DNA from: a virus
DNA length: 64,000 bases
IMG/VR virus record: IMGVR_UViG_3300030419_007131
Coordinates: 101,066-165,065 of that record
Strand: one strand, 5' to 3'
Of this stretch, positions 8,626-18,464 are shown in pieces. The notes below the pieces were generated by a model. That model was given only the letters and a program-made list of their open reading frames with translations. It was not told the origin of the DNA and did no database searches. The translations under genes and the position numbers were made by a program. Each line of letters starts with the position of its first letter. Position 1 is the stretch's first letter.

Positions 8626-9771
8626 TCACCTAGGGGCACTACAGTTGGCTAAACCTTCTTTCAACGCAACAATGATTCGGGCGACGTCGTCGTCGCTCAA
8701 ATACTGATGGCAGCCGATATGAACACCGTTGTCTCCCACCCATTCAGATTCAGGAAAATCACCCAATGAGTGACCCATGTCTGCAAAAGCCGCATGTTGT
8801 GTAGGAATACACCCAAAATTTCTCTTGTGATGAATATTGTGATGATCTAAGGCAGCCTTGATATGTTCAATATCTCCTTCTGTCTTGCACGTCACACTAA
8901 ATCCATGAGGACAGTTTACATTTCCCTCGTCTTCCTCGGAAAACCACGCAACGTCTTCAAACCCCACAACGCCAGCGCGCATTTCTTTCATGAAACGATG
9001 ACGTGTCCAAAATGTATCCCAGAACACACTAAGTGCTTCGAGGCCGATAGATGCTTCTAGATCGTTCATCTTAGAGTTCAGCCCAGTTCTCAGATGATCA
9101 AAATAAATAGAATTGTGTGGGCGGCCGTGTGAGCGTGTAGAGGTCAGAAGATTGCCGATTTCTTCACTATTAGCCGACACCATACCTCCTTCGCCACAGC
9201 ACACCAGGTGAGCAATGTAGAAACTGTAAACCGACATGTCGCCCCACTGGCCGACGAGCTTGCCTTTATATCTTGCGCCATGAGCTTCGCACGCATCTTC
9301 AATGACGAGAAGATTGTGTCGAGACGCGATATCACAGATAACATCCATTTCCGCCATGCGGCCCATCGTGTGCACCGGCATAATAGCTACCGTATTTTCG
9401 TTAATAGCCTCTTCAATTTTCGACTCATCAATATTCAAAGTTTCTCTTTTGACGTCAACAAACTTCGGTACCAGGCCTGCAGCGCGGACTGCATTAGAGG
9501 TAGCAATAAACGACAACGCTGGGACGATCACTTCACTAACATTTCTTTTGGCGCCCTTCAGATCATACAAAGCCAAGCAAGAGTTTAGTACACCATCCGT
9601 ACCTGAACTTACAGCAACACTTTGGGTATATTCAAATAACTCGTTCCACTGCTTTTCTAAAGCCTTTACTTTCGGACCTCCGGATGCCCAGTTGGTATCG
9701 CAAACATCCATAAGATGCTCCCGAGCCAAATCGCCGATTACTAGTTCACCAAATTCAATTCTTTTTTTCAT
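8626..9771 (-). CDS. DegT/DnrJ-fold B6 enzyme with His in place of the catalytic Lys (ColD/E1-type 3-dehydratase)
   Basis: SSGT, IEDACEAHG, SFYIAHLVCCGEGG (H where aminotransferases have K). Confidence 0.8.
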   Translation of the reverse strand: MKKRIEFGELVIGDLAREHLMDVCDTNWASGGPKVKALEKQWNELFEYTQSVAVSSGTDGVLNSCLALYDLKGAKRNVSEVIVPALSFIATSNAVRAAGLVPKFVDVKRETLNIDESKIEEAINENTVAIMPVHTMGRMAEMDVICDIASRHNLLVIEDACEAHGARYKGKLVGQWGDMSVYSFYIAHLVCCGEGGMVSANSEEIGNLLTSTRSHGRPHNSIYFDHLRTGLNSKMNDLEASIGLEALSVFWDTFWTRHRFMKEMRAGVVGFEDVAWFSEEDEGNVNCPHGFSVTCKTEGDIEHIKAALDHHNIHHKRNFGCIPTQHAAFADMGHSLGDFPESEWVGDNGVHIGCHQYLSDDDVARIIVALKEGLANCSAPR

Positions 9772-10292
9772 CTGTATAAATCTCCATGTTCAATTATTAA
9801 AGTAGATCGATCGCTGTTTAAAGCTCTCTCGTACGCAGGCACCACCTCAGGTCCGTACAGCAACTCAACTACATCAATATTGGTACAAGCGCTCCTGAAG
9901 CACTCTGTATAGTCCGCTTTATGTTGGTGACCCGGGTCGAGGGGGTACTGTGATCCCACAACAGCCTTCATGATAACCTTCGGCTTACTCTGACCCACAG
10001 ACATGGCCTCCCACTTGTCTAGGTGATTTACGATTTGGTTCATTGCTAAAATGATGAAGTTCATTCTGGGATAAACAGAAACCGGAATGTATCCCTCGAT
10101 GGCTAGACCTAGGGCGACTCCCGCTTGAAATTCTTCTGCAACTGGTAGTTCAAGAAGCTTCTCTGGAGGGAAATGCTTCACCTGATGAGTAAGGGCGGTT
10201 CCCTTATATTCTACGGCCTGTCCAATAAAAATTGTTTTGGGATGCTGATTTAGCAATTCCATTCCTTTATACACTTCTTCTTTATAGTTCAT
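9768..10292 (-). CDS. TPP enzyme beta subunit (pyrimidine-binding domain only)
   Basis: FIGQ, LELPVAEEFQAGVALGLA, NQIVN, GHQH; start at MNYKEE (10292). Confidence 0.85.
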   Translation of the reverse strand: MNYKEEVYKGMELLNQHPKTIFIGQAVEYKGTALTHQVKHFPPEKLLELPVAEEFQAGVALGLAIEGYIPVSVYPRMNFIILAMNQIVNHLDKWEAMSVGQSKPKVIMKAVVGSQYPLDPGHQHKADYTECFRSACTNIDVVELLYGPEVVPAYERALNSDRSTLIIEHGDLYR

Positions 10293-10293
10293 C

Positions 10294-10926
10294 CTAAAAC
10301 TCCACAAATACGCCCGTACCCGAATGGGGATAAGACATCTCATACGTATAATAAACAAGATCTGTACTAGTATCCGCAGACATAGTTTTATAGATCTGGT
10401 ATAAAGACTCCGTGGGAACGGAGCCCCAGCACTCTTCAGTGATGGTCCCCACCGACTTGCCGTTGTCTTCGATTATGAAGGTGATTGGGAGGTCGTGGGA
10501 TATTGCGTAAACAATAGATTCATGGGATATGCCTGTTCGAAAGCTCATATCTCCAAGAAAGCAGAATACACGATTAAGCTTATTCTGTTTCTTAAGCGCC
10601 AACGCGGTGCCGGTTGCAATCGGGGAGATTCCTCCAACGATAGCAGAACTATAGAAATTATAATCCGGGTAATGCAGGGTAATAGACCTTCCCTCTAAAA
10701 TATCTTGCTTCACTCTTTCAGGAGGAACTCCCTGTAAAAGAGCGTGTAAATGGCTAGCCCAAGTTGAATAAACATAATGTTCATTGGAAATCTGAAGGTT
10801 TTTAAAGATGTCGACAAGTATCTGCTCATTACCATCTCGTAAATGCACAGGAGCGGTAATGTGGCCGGCTTCGTAGATGGCGGCGATATCTTTTTCAAAC
10901 TCGATCAAATCACTGGCTTGTAACAT
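10294..10926 (-). CDS. TPP enzyme alpha subunit (PDH E1-alpha-like, short)
   Basis: PVHLRDGNE, SAIVGG, GD...IEDN TPP-binding motif. Confidence 0.85.
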   Translation of the reverse strand: MLQASDLIEFEKDIAAIYEAGHITAPVHLRDGNEQILVDIFKNLQISNEHYVYSTWASHLHALLQGVPPERVKQDILEGRSITLHYPDYNFYSSAIVGGISPIATGTALALKKQNKLNRVFCFLGDMSFRTGISHESIVYAISHDLPITFIIEDNGKSVGTITEECWGSVPTESLYQIYKTMSADTSTDLVYYTYEMSYPHSGTGVFVEF

Positions 10927-11419
10927 TCTTTTTTAGCTCCTTTAAAGATTGTGAACGGCGATCCCTCTCTGAGACTATTTGACACAATGAGTCGTCCCAT
11001 TCGGGCGATATATCAGAATCATCATAGTGAACACTCCATTGGTCTTCCGGTGCTGTATAGTACTCGCTCCATTTATAATAGAAAATGCAAGTTGTACTCA
11101 AGCACTGATGCGCGTTTAACGTGCGTGGCGGCACTAGAACCGAAGTAGATTCAAGCGAATCACCATCTAGAATATAAACCTTTTTTTCGTCTGTGTCAAT
11201 GTTATACGTAACTAATTTTATCTTTCCGTGTAAACAAGAGATAAGCTTCCACGTCTTATCGTCGCCATGAAATCCCCTAATCACTCCTTGGTTAGATTTT
11301 GAAACCTTATCTTGAACAAACGTACAATCTACTGGGATTTTTCTTTCATCATAAATCGTATAGATATTACCGCGGGGCTCAAAATGCTTCTGATCCACCA
11401 ACGTAATATCATTGTACAT
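10910..11419 (-). CDS. rfbC: RmlC-family NDP-4-keto-6-deoxysugar 3,5-epimerase
   Basis: PRG, FVQDKVSKS, GVIRGFH, AH, YK. Confidence 0.85.
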   Translation of the reverse strand: MYNDITLVDQKHFEPRGNIYTIYDERKIPVDCTFVQDKVSKSNQGVIRGFHGDDKTWKLISCLHGKIKLVTYNIDTDEKKVYILDGDSLESTSVLVPPRTLNAHQCLSTTCIFYYKWSEYYTAPEDQWSVHYDDSDISPEWDDSLCQIVSERDRRSQSLKELKKNVTSQ

Positions 11420-12365
11420 GGTTTTTATACCATTCGCAAGTCTTCCTCAAACCTTCCTCAATACTGGTGCTTACGGTCCATCCGAGATCTCGCTCGGCTT
11501 TATCGCAATTAAGTATAACAGTCGTAGGAATGTCCGGCTTGGTAAGGTCGAACTGAAGATCTAGCTCCTTGTCGTTTAGCTTCATGATTGTTTCGGCCAA
11601 CTGAAGAATGGGATAAGCTTGTCCTCCTCCGCAATTGTATAGCTCATACATTCCCTTTTGGTTGTCGATGCACTTATGAATAAAATCAACCAAATCGTCA
11701 ATGTAAATGATGTCTCGCGAGGCTTTACCTTCTCCCCAAATCTCTAACGTATCTTCCGCATTGATAATCTTATTTACAAAAGCGGGAACTACATGGCACT
11801 TGTCCAAGTCAAACTTGTCATAGGGTCCGTAAACATTAGAGTGACGGAAAGCCGTGAATTTCGTCGTACCAATACGTGAATAAAAGTCGCACATATTCTC
11901 ATTAAAAACCTTCATATGGCCTACGCCAAAATATGCACTGTATAACTCATCGCTGGCGCTCCAATCAGCCTCAGACTGAGGATGGTCTTTGGGCTGATAC
12001 ATTACCGTGCAACTGGGGAAGAGCACATGACCTACACCAGCCGTCATTGCTTCTCGGAAGATCCAAGCATTCATGACCACATTGTCAGTCACATGAACAT
12101 ATGGCCTCTCTACCACGTCCTTTGCGCCGGTGGTGGTGGCAGCAGCCTGCAGTACCACATCAAAATGCTTGCTAGCAAACAGCCCCTTAACCTCGGATTC
12201 GTTGCGCAAGTCGATCGAAACATAGTCAACCCCTTCCACTCGGCCACGCTGAGGTTCTGTCTTATTAAATAACGTCGCCGTTATATCATAGCTGTCTTTA
12301 AAGTGGTCCAAACATGTTTTGCCGATCAACCCATCAGCTCCACAAATCAGCATAGTCTTCGTCAT
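11409..12365 (-). CDS. GDP-fucose synthase-like epimerase/reductase (atypical active site)
   Basis: GADGLIG, SNVYGPYDKF, HVVPA, WGEG, R. Confidence 0.8.
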   Translation of the reverse strand: MTKTMLICGADGLIGKTCLDHFKDSYDITATLFNKTEPQRGRVEGVDYVSIDLRNESEVKGLFASKHFDVVLQAAATTTGAKDVVERPYVHVTDNVVMNAWIFREAMTAGVGHVLFPSCTVMYQPKDHPQSEADWSASDELYSAYFGVGHMKVFNENMCDFYSRIGTTKFTAFRHSNVYGPYDKFDLDKCHVVPAFVNKIINAEDTLEIWGEGKASRDIIYIDDLVDFIHKCIDNQKGMYELYNCGGGQAYPILQLAETIMKLNDKELDLQFDLTKPDIPTTVILNCDKAERDLGWTVSTSIEEGLRKTCEWYKNHVQ

Positions 12366-13024
12366 TCTGCTGTCTCCTTTATCAGATATGCGATCCCCAC
12401 CTCCTTGGAGTGGGAAATAAATTGCCAGTTATAGTCGGTTTCTCGCAGAACTCGCGGAGTTCCGTACCTGTCTCCCTCAAAATTTGCATCATGAAGAGCC
12501 ACGATTCCGCCGGCCTTAACCTTAGGATAATAGTTTTCCAAATCCTTTTTAACATACTCATAAGAGTGATTACCATCGATGAAGACAGCATCGTATTCTT
12601 TGTCGAGCGTCGCATGTAGGACCGTAGAATCCCCCTCTAAAATCGTCTCTAAAGTAGAATCCATTTCGGGCTTGTAGCGCTCAATAAACTGTGGGTCGTA
12701 CTCAATCGTCGTGATATGATCCAGGAGCAGACTCAGTACAAAATGTGTAGAGGCCCAGTGGCCCAGCCCAATCTGTAGCATATCTTTAACATCGTTTTTT
12801 AACAATAATTTCAAGAAGTCCACCAACTCTGCTCTGACCTGTTGGGTTACCTGTGGGTGACTATTAACAATGTCTACATCTGGATTAATGTACAAATCTT
12901 TGTACCAATCGTTTTGTGCTAAGATGTTCCGTGAACGTTGTTCCGAGAGAGACAAAACTAAATCTATTTTTGGGAGCAACTCCTGGTTATGGATATACTG
13001 TTTTATAAATTGCTTATTAATCAT
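12362..13024 (-). CDS. class I SAM methyltransferase (Methyltransf_24-like)
   Basis: LQIG, GDS, FIDGNHSYEYVKKD, GGIVALHD. Confidence 0.85.
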   Translation of the reverse strand: MINKQFIKQYIHNQELLPKIDLVLSLSEQRSRNILAQNDWYKDLYINPDVDIVNSHPQVTQQVRAELVDFLKLLLKNDVKDMLQIGLGHWASTHFVLSLLLDHITTIEYDPQFIERYKPEMDSTLETILEGDSTVLHATLDKEYDAVFIDGNHSYEYVKKDLENYYPKVKAGGIVALHDANFEGDRYGTPRVLRETDYNWQFISHSKEVGIAYLIKETAE

Positions 13025-14009
13025 TGCTATTCTCCTCCACCTGAAAGGGGTTAAACCTACCAGTCGTCGGACCATTTGCCAGATACCACTCCATAGTCTC
13101 CTTCAGGCCTTCCTCTAAGCTCACAGAGGGCTGGAATCCATATCCGTTAAGGCGCTCTGTGTTGGGTACCCTAAACTGATCTCCGGTAGGCTTACTAAGA
13201 TCGTGGGTAATGGCTAGATCTTTTCCGGACACGGCCACTAGGGTCTCGATGACCTCCTTAATAGTAAAGGTCCTTCCATGACCAACATTTAGGGGTTTCG
13301 TAATTTGATTTTCTACGGCAAAGATAGCGGCGCCAGCAATATCGCGGGCATGAATAATATCCCTACCGGCAGAACCATCACCCCAAATCTCAACGGAAGT
13401 CTCAGCCTCAGCCACCTTACGAACCAACGAAGGAATAAGCGTCGAAGTACGCAAATCAAAATTATCAAATTTACCATAGATGTTGGCAGGCTTAATAATA
13501 GACATCTTCTTTTCCTCATACTGCTCGTCATAAGCATTAACCTGAACTTCGCCCATACGCTTCGCCCAGCCGGCAAACCAATCATTGGGGGAGGGGTTCT
13601 GAGTCCACAAATCGTCCTCCTTAAAGGTCCGAGCAGGACCATATGTGCCAATGGTGCTGGTATAAAGCCCCCACTTCACTGAGGGAGTGTTGTAGATGGC
13701 GTCGAGTATGTTGGTGTTCATCATGATAAAGTCTCTAAATATTTGATATTGAAAGGTTTTCATAACAACAGGGGAACCTTTAACTCCGGCAATATGGAAA
13801 ACATAATCCATACCTTCACACAACTCATAACAGTTGGTCTTCGACCGCAAATCTTTCTTGACATACGTAGCGCCCCATGCAGGATCAAGATTGTTCTCGT
13901 CCAAAGATACGGACGTAACGACGGCTCCCTTCTTAACCAGCAGTTCTACTAGTTCACGACCTACAAGACCCGTGCCGCCAGTAACCAAGACTTTTTTATT
14001 CTCAAGCAT
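13017..14009 (-). CDS. GDP-fucose synthase-like NAD(P) epimerase/reductase (atypical active site)
   Basis: TGGTGLVG, PANIYG, WGDGSAGRD, KPTG. Confidence 0.8.
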   Translation of the reverse strand: MLENKKVLVTGGTGLVGRELVELLVKKGAVVTSVSLDENNLDPAWGATYVKKDLRSKTNCYELCEGMDYVFHIAGVKGSPVVMKTFQYQIFRDFIMMNTNILDAIYNTPSVKWGLYTSTIGTYGPARTFKEDDLWTQNPSPNDWFAGWAKRMGEVQVNAYDEQYEEKKMSIIKPANIYGKFDNFDLRTSTLIPSLVRKVAEAETSVEIWGDGSAGRDIIHARDIAGAAIFAVENQITKPLNVGHGRTFTIKEVIETLVAVSGKDLAITHDLSKPTGDQFRVPNTERLNGYGFQPSVSLEEGLKETMEWYLANGPTTGRFNPFQVEENSND

Positions 14010-14955
14010 GTTTGTTCCTCCAAGTTATTAATGATTGATCGTCTGTTTGGATATAACGATAGATTTTCTCTACAGTATACTCTTGGCTTTTAAGATACGC
14101 TGCTTCAATTATATCCTGATATTTTTCAAAGTTGGTTGACACGTCGTGGATGATATCTCTCAACTCTTCGAAGTTTTCAAAGTAAAGAAACTCTGTACCG
14201 GGCTCATAAAAGTCTTCCACCAAGTCCCAGGGGTCCTTCTTAACCAGCATCAATGACTTTGAACTGGTAATCTCGTGGGTTCTTACTTTAAACTGTGGCA
14301 TAATGCCCTCATCAAACCTCTCGAATGCCTTGAACTTATTCTTAACTGAGGATGGGCTCATGTAAATCATGTTGAAGCTCAACGAAGACCGACAGCGACT
14401 TAGCTCGATCAGCTTCTGGTCGCCCGGGAGCATAACGTGAGTACACTTCGCGAACTCATATGGGTGCCTCATCCATGTATTCCTCTGGGATGTCATGAAT
14501 TTATAGTTAAACTGCATGAGGGTTTCAACTGCAGATATATGGTCTTGTCCATGAATAGAGCCCATCCATGAGCAATCAGCATCATAGTTCCCGAATTCGG
14601 TCACCGTATAGTTGGTGAAAGGATAGGGGATGTATTTAAACTTCTCATACCCATAGTGATCGTTCATAAACTCACACGTAAAAGGACAAACACAATAGAC
14701 CTCAGTGAAAAAATCAAAATGATCAAAATGATAATAGTCGGCCTTAGCGGTGAACTCGCACGGACTCCATAACGCCAGCAAACAGCGGCGTTCATAGTCG
14801 CGATATGGCTCCTTTATTCCATGATCATAAATCCAATGCGCGCCGTTCATCAAGACCGCGTTGGAGGTGTCGTCGTTGAAGGGCTCTAGGCTCTTATGCA
14901 TGTAGGGTACAACCCCCCACAAGCAATCGCCCTGCCAATTACATACTATTTTCAT
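14002..14955 (-). CDS. putative glycosyltransferase (GT-B, CgeB-like C-terminus)
   Basis: KVRTHE...EDFYEPGTEFLYF. Confidence 0.6.
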   Translation of the reverse strand: MKIVCNWQGDCLWGVVPYMHKSLEPFNDDTSNAVLMNGAHWIYDHGIKEPYRDYERRCLLALWSPCEFTAKADYYHFDHFDFFTEVYCVCPFTCEFMNDHYGYEKFKYIPYPFTNYTVTEFGNYDADCSWMGSIHGQDHISAVETLMQFNYKFMTSQRNTWMRHPYEFAKCTHVMLPGDQKLIELSRCRSSLSFNMIYMSPSSVKNKFKAFERFDEGIMPQFKVRTHEITSSKSLMLVKKDPWDLVEDFYEPGTEFLYFENFEELRDIIHDVSTNFEKYQDIIEAAYLKSQEYTVEKIYRYIQTDDQSLITWRNKHA

Positions 14956-15669
14956 TTAACGGTATCCCCTTGTTTTATAGTTTATATCATATTCTCGGAA
15001 CATTTCAAACATTTCATCATAATATTCGGCAATATTCCACAATCCCTTGGTCACAGCAGTCGCAATACAGGGGTAAATGGTCGAATCGTAATGAAATATT
15101 CCTCTTTTCGGAGAGCCCGAGTAGTATTGGAGGCCCTTGAGGCCCAATTGGCGGCACAAGCTAGACCCTTGTGGTTCTTGCTGCATGCGTGTATTTCCCT
15201 CCGGTGCGGCTTCAAAAATGCTCTCAAAGGCGCGAGTATCCCACAAACTTGCCTGTTGTGCGAAAAAGTTAGGATCTTCTGGGTCGATAATATAGAGATT
15301 ATCTCGATAAGGCGTTGTAGCTTCGGGCCCCTTAATAAATTTGCAAAAGCTGTATTCTGTTTCGTCCAACAGTCGTGTCAACTCTTCTATTTTAGCCTGC
15401 TGGATGTCTGCGTAAAGAATATAGTCTTCGCTCGTATACAAAATATATTTTTCTTCGACTTGATTTATGCAAGAAAGAAACTGATCCCGGTAAGCTGCCT
15501 CGTTATCATAAAGAATAGGAACAATATCGTCCGGAAGACCATCGGCAGTGTCCGTGAACGCGTACTTTTTGATCCCCTTCGCATGGCGGGAGAGGCGGCC
15601 AAAACAAGGAGCCCATACATCTGAATAGTTTGAGTTAGTATCTACAATTAAAGCTAGATTATCAGCCAT
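14956..15669 (-). CDS. putative GT-A glycosyltransferase-like protein
   Basis: YSDVW...ILYTSEDY...QASLW...KGLW; cluster context. Confidence 0.55.
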   Translation of the reverse strand: MADNLALIVDTNSNYSDVWAPCFGRLSRHAKGIKKYAFTDTADGLPDDIVPILYDNEAAYRDQFLSCINQVEEKYILYTSEDYILYADIQQAKIEELTRLLDETEYSFCKFIKGPEATTPYRDNLYIIDPEDPNFFAQQASLWDTRAFESIFEAAPEGNTRMQQEPQGSSLCRQLGLKGLQYYSGSPKRGIFHYDSTIYPCIATAVTKGLWNIAEYYDEMFEMFREYDINYKTRGYR

Positions 15670-16291
15670 GAGGACGAACCTCCACATCCTTAAAAATATC
15701 AAATTCAGTAAGATCTCGATACGGAGGATTCTCAGGAATATCCGGCACGTTTTGCGGGTAATTCTGCATCAATGTCAAGCCCCTGGCGGCTTGCTCTGGT
15801 GTCATATACATATTCCAGCCCTCCTCATCAATGTTGTCCTCGTGGTATTTCATGCCGGCAGTACGCCCCTCATAGCGTCGAGCCTTGAACCATTCAGCTG
15901 CCTCTGGATTATCTGTGAGTATCATTCCACCTTTACCAATCTTAAGATGTTTTTTGATATGAAAGCTTAAGCACATAAACGTGCCCGGAATATACATATT
16001 GGAAGTAAACCTCTTGGCTGCGTCATAAACCGGAAAAGGCTTAAGCTGATATATTCCCTCCCACGGGCGGTCATCAAATATCAGTTTGCCACCAGCTTGA
16101 CGAACGGACTGTGGCGGAGATAAGTAGGTGCGCTTTGGTATTATAACTTCTTTGTCTTTGACTCCCACCCATTTACAAGCGAGAAACAGGGCATTCGTGC
16201 AACTATTCAGCGAGACCGCGCAAGGAGCGCCAGTATAGTGGGCCACTTCCTCTTCAAACATTTGAACTACTTTATAGGGACTATGTAGCAC
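15662..16291 (-). CDS. shortened DegT/DnrJ aminotransferase (~209 aa)
   Basis: NSCTNAL, DAA, SFHIKK...GGM; GTG start at 16291 overlaps the upstream TAG. Confidence 0.8.
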   Translation of the reverse strand: MLHSPYKVVQMFEEEVAHYTGAPCAVSLNSCTNALFLACKWVGVKDKEVIIPKRTYLSPPQSVRQAGGKLIFDDRPWEGIYQLKPFPVYDAAKRFTSNMYIPGTFMCLSFHIKKHLKIGKGGMILTDNPEAAEWFKARRYEGRTAGMKYHEDNIDEEGWNMYMTPEQAARGLTLMQNYPQNVPDIPENPPYRDLTEFDIFKDVEVRPHG

Positions 16292-16671
16292 TATTTCTCC
16301 AATAAATAATATTTCTTTGTAAAGCCACAACTCTCAAACAAACGCACGCTAGCTTCGTTTTCAATTTTAACCTTCGCAACCCCATCAGGATGACGCTTCA
16401 TCAACTCATTAATCATGAACTTTGCCACGCCTCTTTTCTGAAAGTCTGGATGTGTTGCAACACGAATATCATTATCAATAGCGCCCACAAAACCAGCAGG
16501 TTGACCCTCCACCAAACAAATATAGTACATCTTACCATACTTCTTCATGTATGTCACGTGATTATTAAAACTTATTTCACCTTGTTGGATAAACCCCTGT
16601 TTGACATCTTCGTGGGTTCGCAACAATCGAATAAACTCCCAATATTCTTTTTCATTCTCTACTAATTCCAT
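16291..16671 (-). CDS. GNAT acetyltransferase
   Basis: HPDFQKRGVA, NEASVRLFESCGF. Confidence 0.85.
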   Translation of the reverse strand: MELVENEKEYWEFIRLLRTHEDVKQGFIQQGEISFNNHVTYMKKYGKMYYICLVEGQPAGFVGAIDNDIRVATHPDFQKRGVAKFMINELMKRHPDGVAKVKIENEASVRLFESCGFTKKYYLLEK

Positions 16672-17459
16672 CGATCTACCTGATGTTGAAATGGGCTTCT
16701 TGAGTTAAGCCAATATCCGGTGAGATATCCTCGCGTGTGCTTCCATCCTTCTAGGCCGAGCAACGGATTGAGGCAACTCCCGATATCTAAAAAGGTATTG
16801 TTAGGATTTGATTTAAACCCTTCATAAATCACATAGTTGCTCAAAGTTGCAGCAGAACACAAAACAACACTATTCTCTAGTTTGTTCTCTTCAATATAGT
16901 CTGCAACTTTCTGAGCAGTGTCATAGTTGTTAACCTGACAGTTGGATCCCACCAAGAACGCCTTTTTAATCTCAAAGGGCAGCAGCGAAAGATCGGCCAA
17001 TTCATTGACCACATACAGCAAATCGCGGTCAGCAAGAACAGGCACCATTTCTTCTACAAATCTAGAATAATTTGCGTTGATAAGTAGATTGGCAAATGTA
17101 AGATTTTCATGGTCACCGCCATGGAAGTCTATCATCCAGTTAAAGTTGTCGCGACCGACGTGACCATCGGTTGCTGTACAGATACCCTTATAATAATGGT
17201 CTTGATTATGTTTATAACATTCGATAAGCTTGTCGCGATATTTTTGATGTTTCTCTGGATGAAACTCTTTGTGTTCTTCCTGGGTATATCTGTTGGGGCC
17301 CTTTATATCGCCGGTGACGTAATGGTTGTCGGCTAAGACAACCGTCTTGTTTTGTAACATAAACAACTCGCCATCAGAAAATCTAGTAAAGGCAAAGTTC
17401 TCTACTTTCTTTAATTTATCCAATACAAAATCAAAGTCTTTTGTGAAATCCTTGAACAT
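16662..17459 (-). CDS. GT-D/DUF1792-like glycosyltransferase
   Basis: AFTRFSDGE...LDIGS. Confidence 0.6.
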   Translation of the reverse strand: MFKDFTKDFDFVLDKLKKVENFAFTRFSDGELFMLQNKTVVLADNHYVTGDIKGPNRYTQEEHKEFHPEKHQKYRDKLIECYKHNQDHYYKGICTATDGHVGRDNFNWMIDFHGGDHENLTFANLLINANYSRFVEEMVPVLADRDLLYVVNELADLSLLPFEIKKAFLVGSNCQVNNYDTAQKVADYIEENKLENSVVLCSAATLSNYVIYEGFKSNPNNTFLDIGSCLNPLLGLEGWKHTRGYLTGYWLNSRSPFQHQVDRWN

Positions 17460-18464
17460 TTACTTTTCCGACAAAATAGAAGCTATCCGTTGAGAGGATG
17501 CCCCATCGCCGTAAGGACAAACTTCGTCGGGTGCAACTTTAAACTTTTTATCAGCCTCCAGCCAATTGACTAAATCTAGTAACTCCGCCGGATGAGGACA
17601 CATAAAGGAAAAAACTCCCATTCCTTCAACTCGTTCTGTAATCTGCCGACACACAACGCACTTCTTCCCCAAGAACGATGCCTCTTCCTGTATCCCTCCA
17701 CTATCGGTAATGATGAACCTACAATTAGCAATCATCCGTATGAACTCTTCATGACCTACCGGCTCTATCACTTTAACTGTTTTTAGTATATGTTTATATT
17801 GTTGCACATTAGGATTTGGATGGAGCGGTATAATAAACTCATACTGCGAATAGAGCGATGCAATCTTTTCCAACTCATTAAACCATTTATCCATTAGGGC
17901 GTGGTTTTCACGGCGATGCATGGTTATCAAGATAGTATTTCCATATCTGGTCTTTATGTCTTTTAGGTTGTCCAACACAGTGTTCCCCACGACGTACACA
18001 TTTGAGGTGATATTTTCGCGACGCAGATTGCAAGCCGACAGGTCCGTGGGACACAGGTGAATATTGGCCATTCGAGCAATGGCTTGACGATTAAACTCTT
18101 CAGGATAGGGATGCATCAAATCGCCAGTACGTAGGCCAGCTTCCAAGTGAATAATCTTTAACTTACGATGGAACGCGGCAAGGGCTACAGCGAAGGCTGA
18201 GGTTGTGTCTCCCTGAACCATAACGCTTGTTACATTATTGAAAACATGATCACTGTTCATAATAGATGCAACAATAGAATCTAGTCGATTGGGCCCGTCT
18301 TTAATTTCCAACTGACGTACATCAGTGGTAGCTACCACATCTTTTAGAAGACTCGTGTGTTGGCCAGTAAACAAAAGAGCATACGGTATCTTTCCATCAA
18401 ACTCTTTTAATAAAGGTTTAATCTTAATATACTCGGGTCGCGTTCCGAAAGAAATCAATATCAT
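17460..18464 (-). CDS. wecB: UDP-N-acetylglucosamine 2-epimerase (non-hydrolysing)
   Basis: GTRPE, TGQH, QGDT, HLEAGLR, PEE, HRREN, TDSGGIQEEA, PYGDG. Confidence 0.95.
   Translation of the reverse strand: MILISFGTRPEYIKIKPLLKEFDGKIPYALLFTGQHTSLLKDVVATTDVRQLEIKDGPNRLDSIVASIMNSDHVFNNVTSVMVQGDTTSAFAVALAAFHRKLKIIHLEAGLRTGDLMHPYPEEFNRQAIARMANIHLCPTDLSACNLRRENITSNVYVVGNTVLDNLKDIKTRYGNTILITMHRRENHALMDKWFNELEKIASLYSQYEFIIPLHPNPNVQQYKHILKTVKVIEPVGHEEFIRMIANCRFIITDSGGIQEEASFLGKKCVVCRQITERVEGMGVFSFMCPHPAELLDLVNWLEADKKFKVAPDEVCPYGDGASSQRIASILSEK

Noticed and set aside
9768-10926. Pyruvate dehydrogenase E1 as a central-metabolism AMG
   Set aside because: Subunits are truncated, there is no E2/E3, and they sit inside a nucleotide-sugar operon
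15662-16291. Pseudogene call for the short DegT gene
   Set aside because: No remnant of the missing part, motifs intact, and coupled to both neighbours
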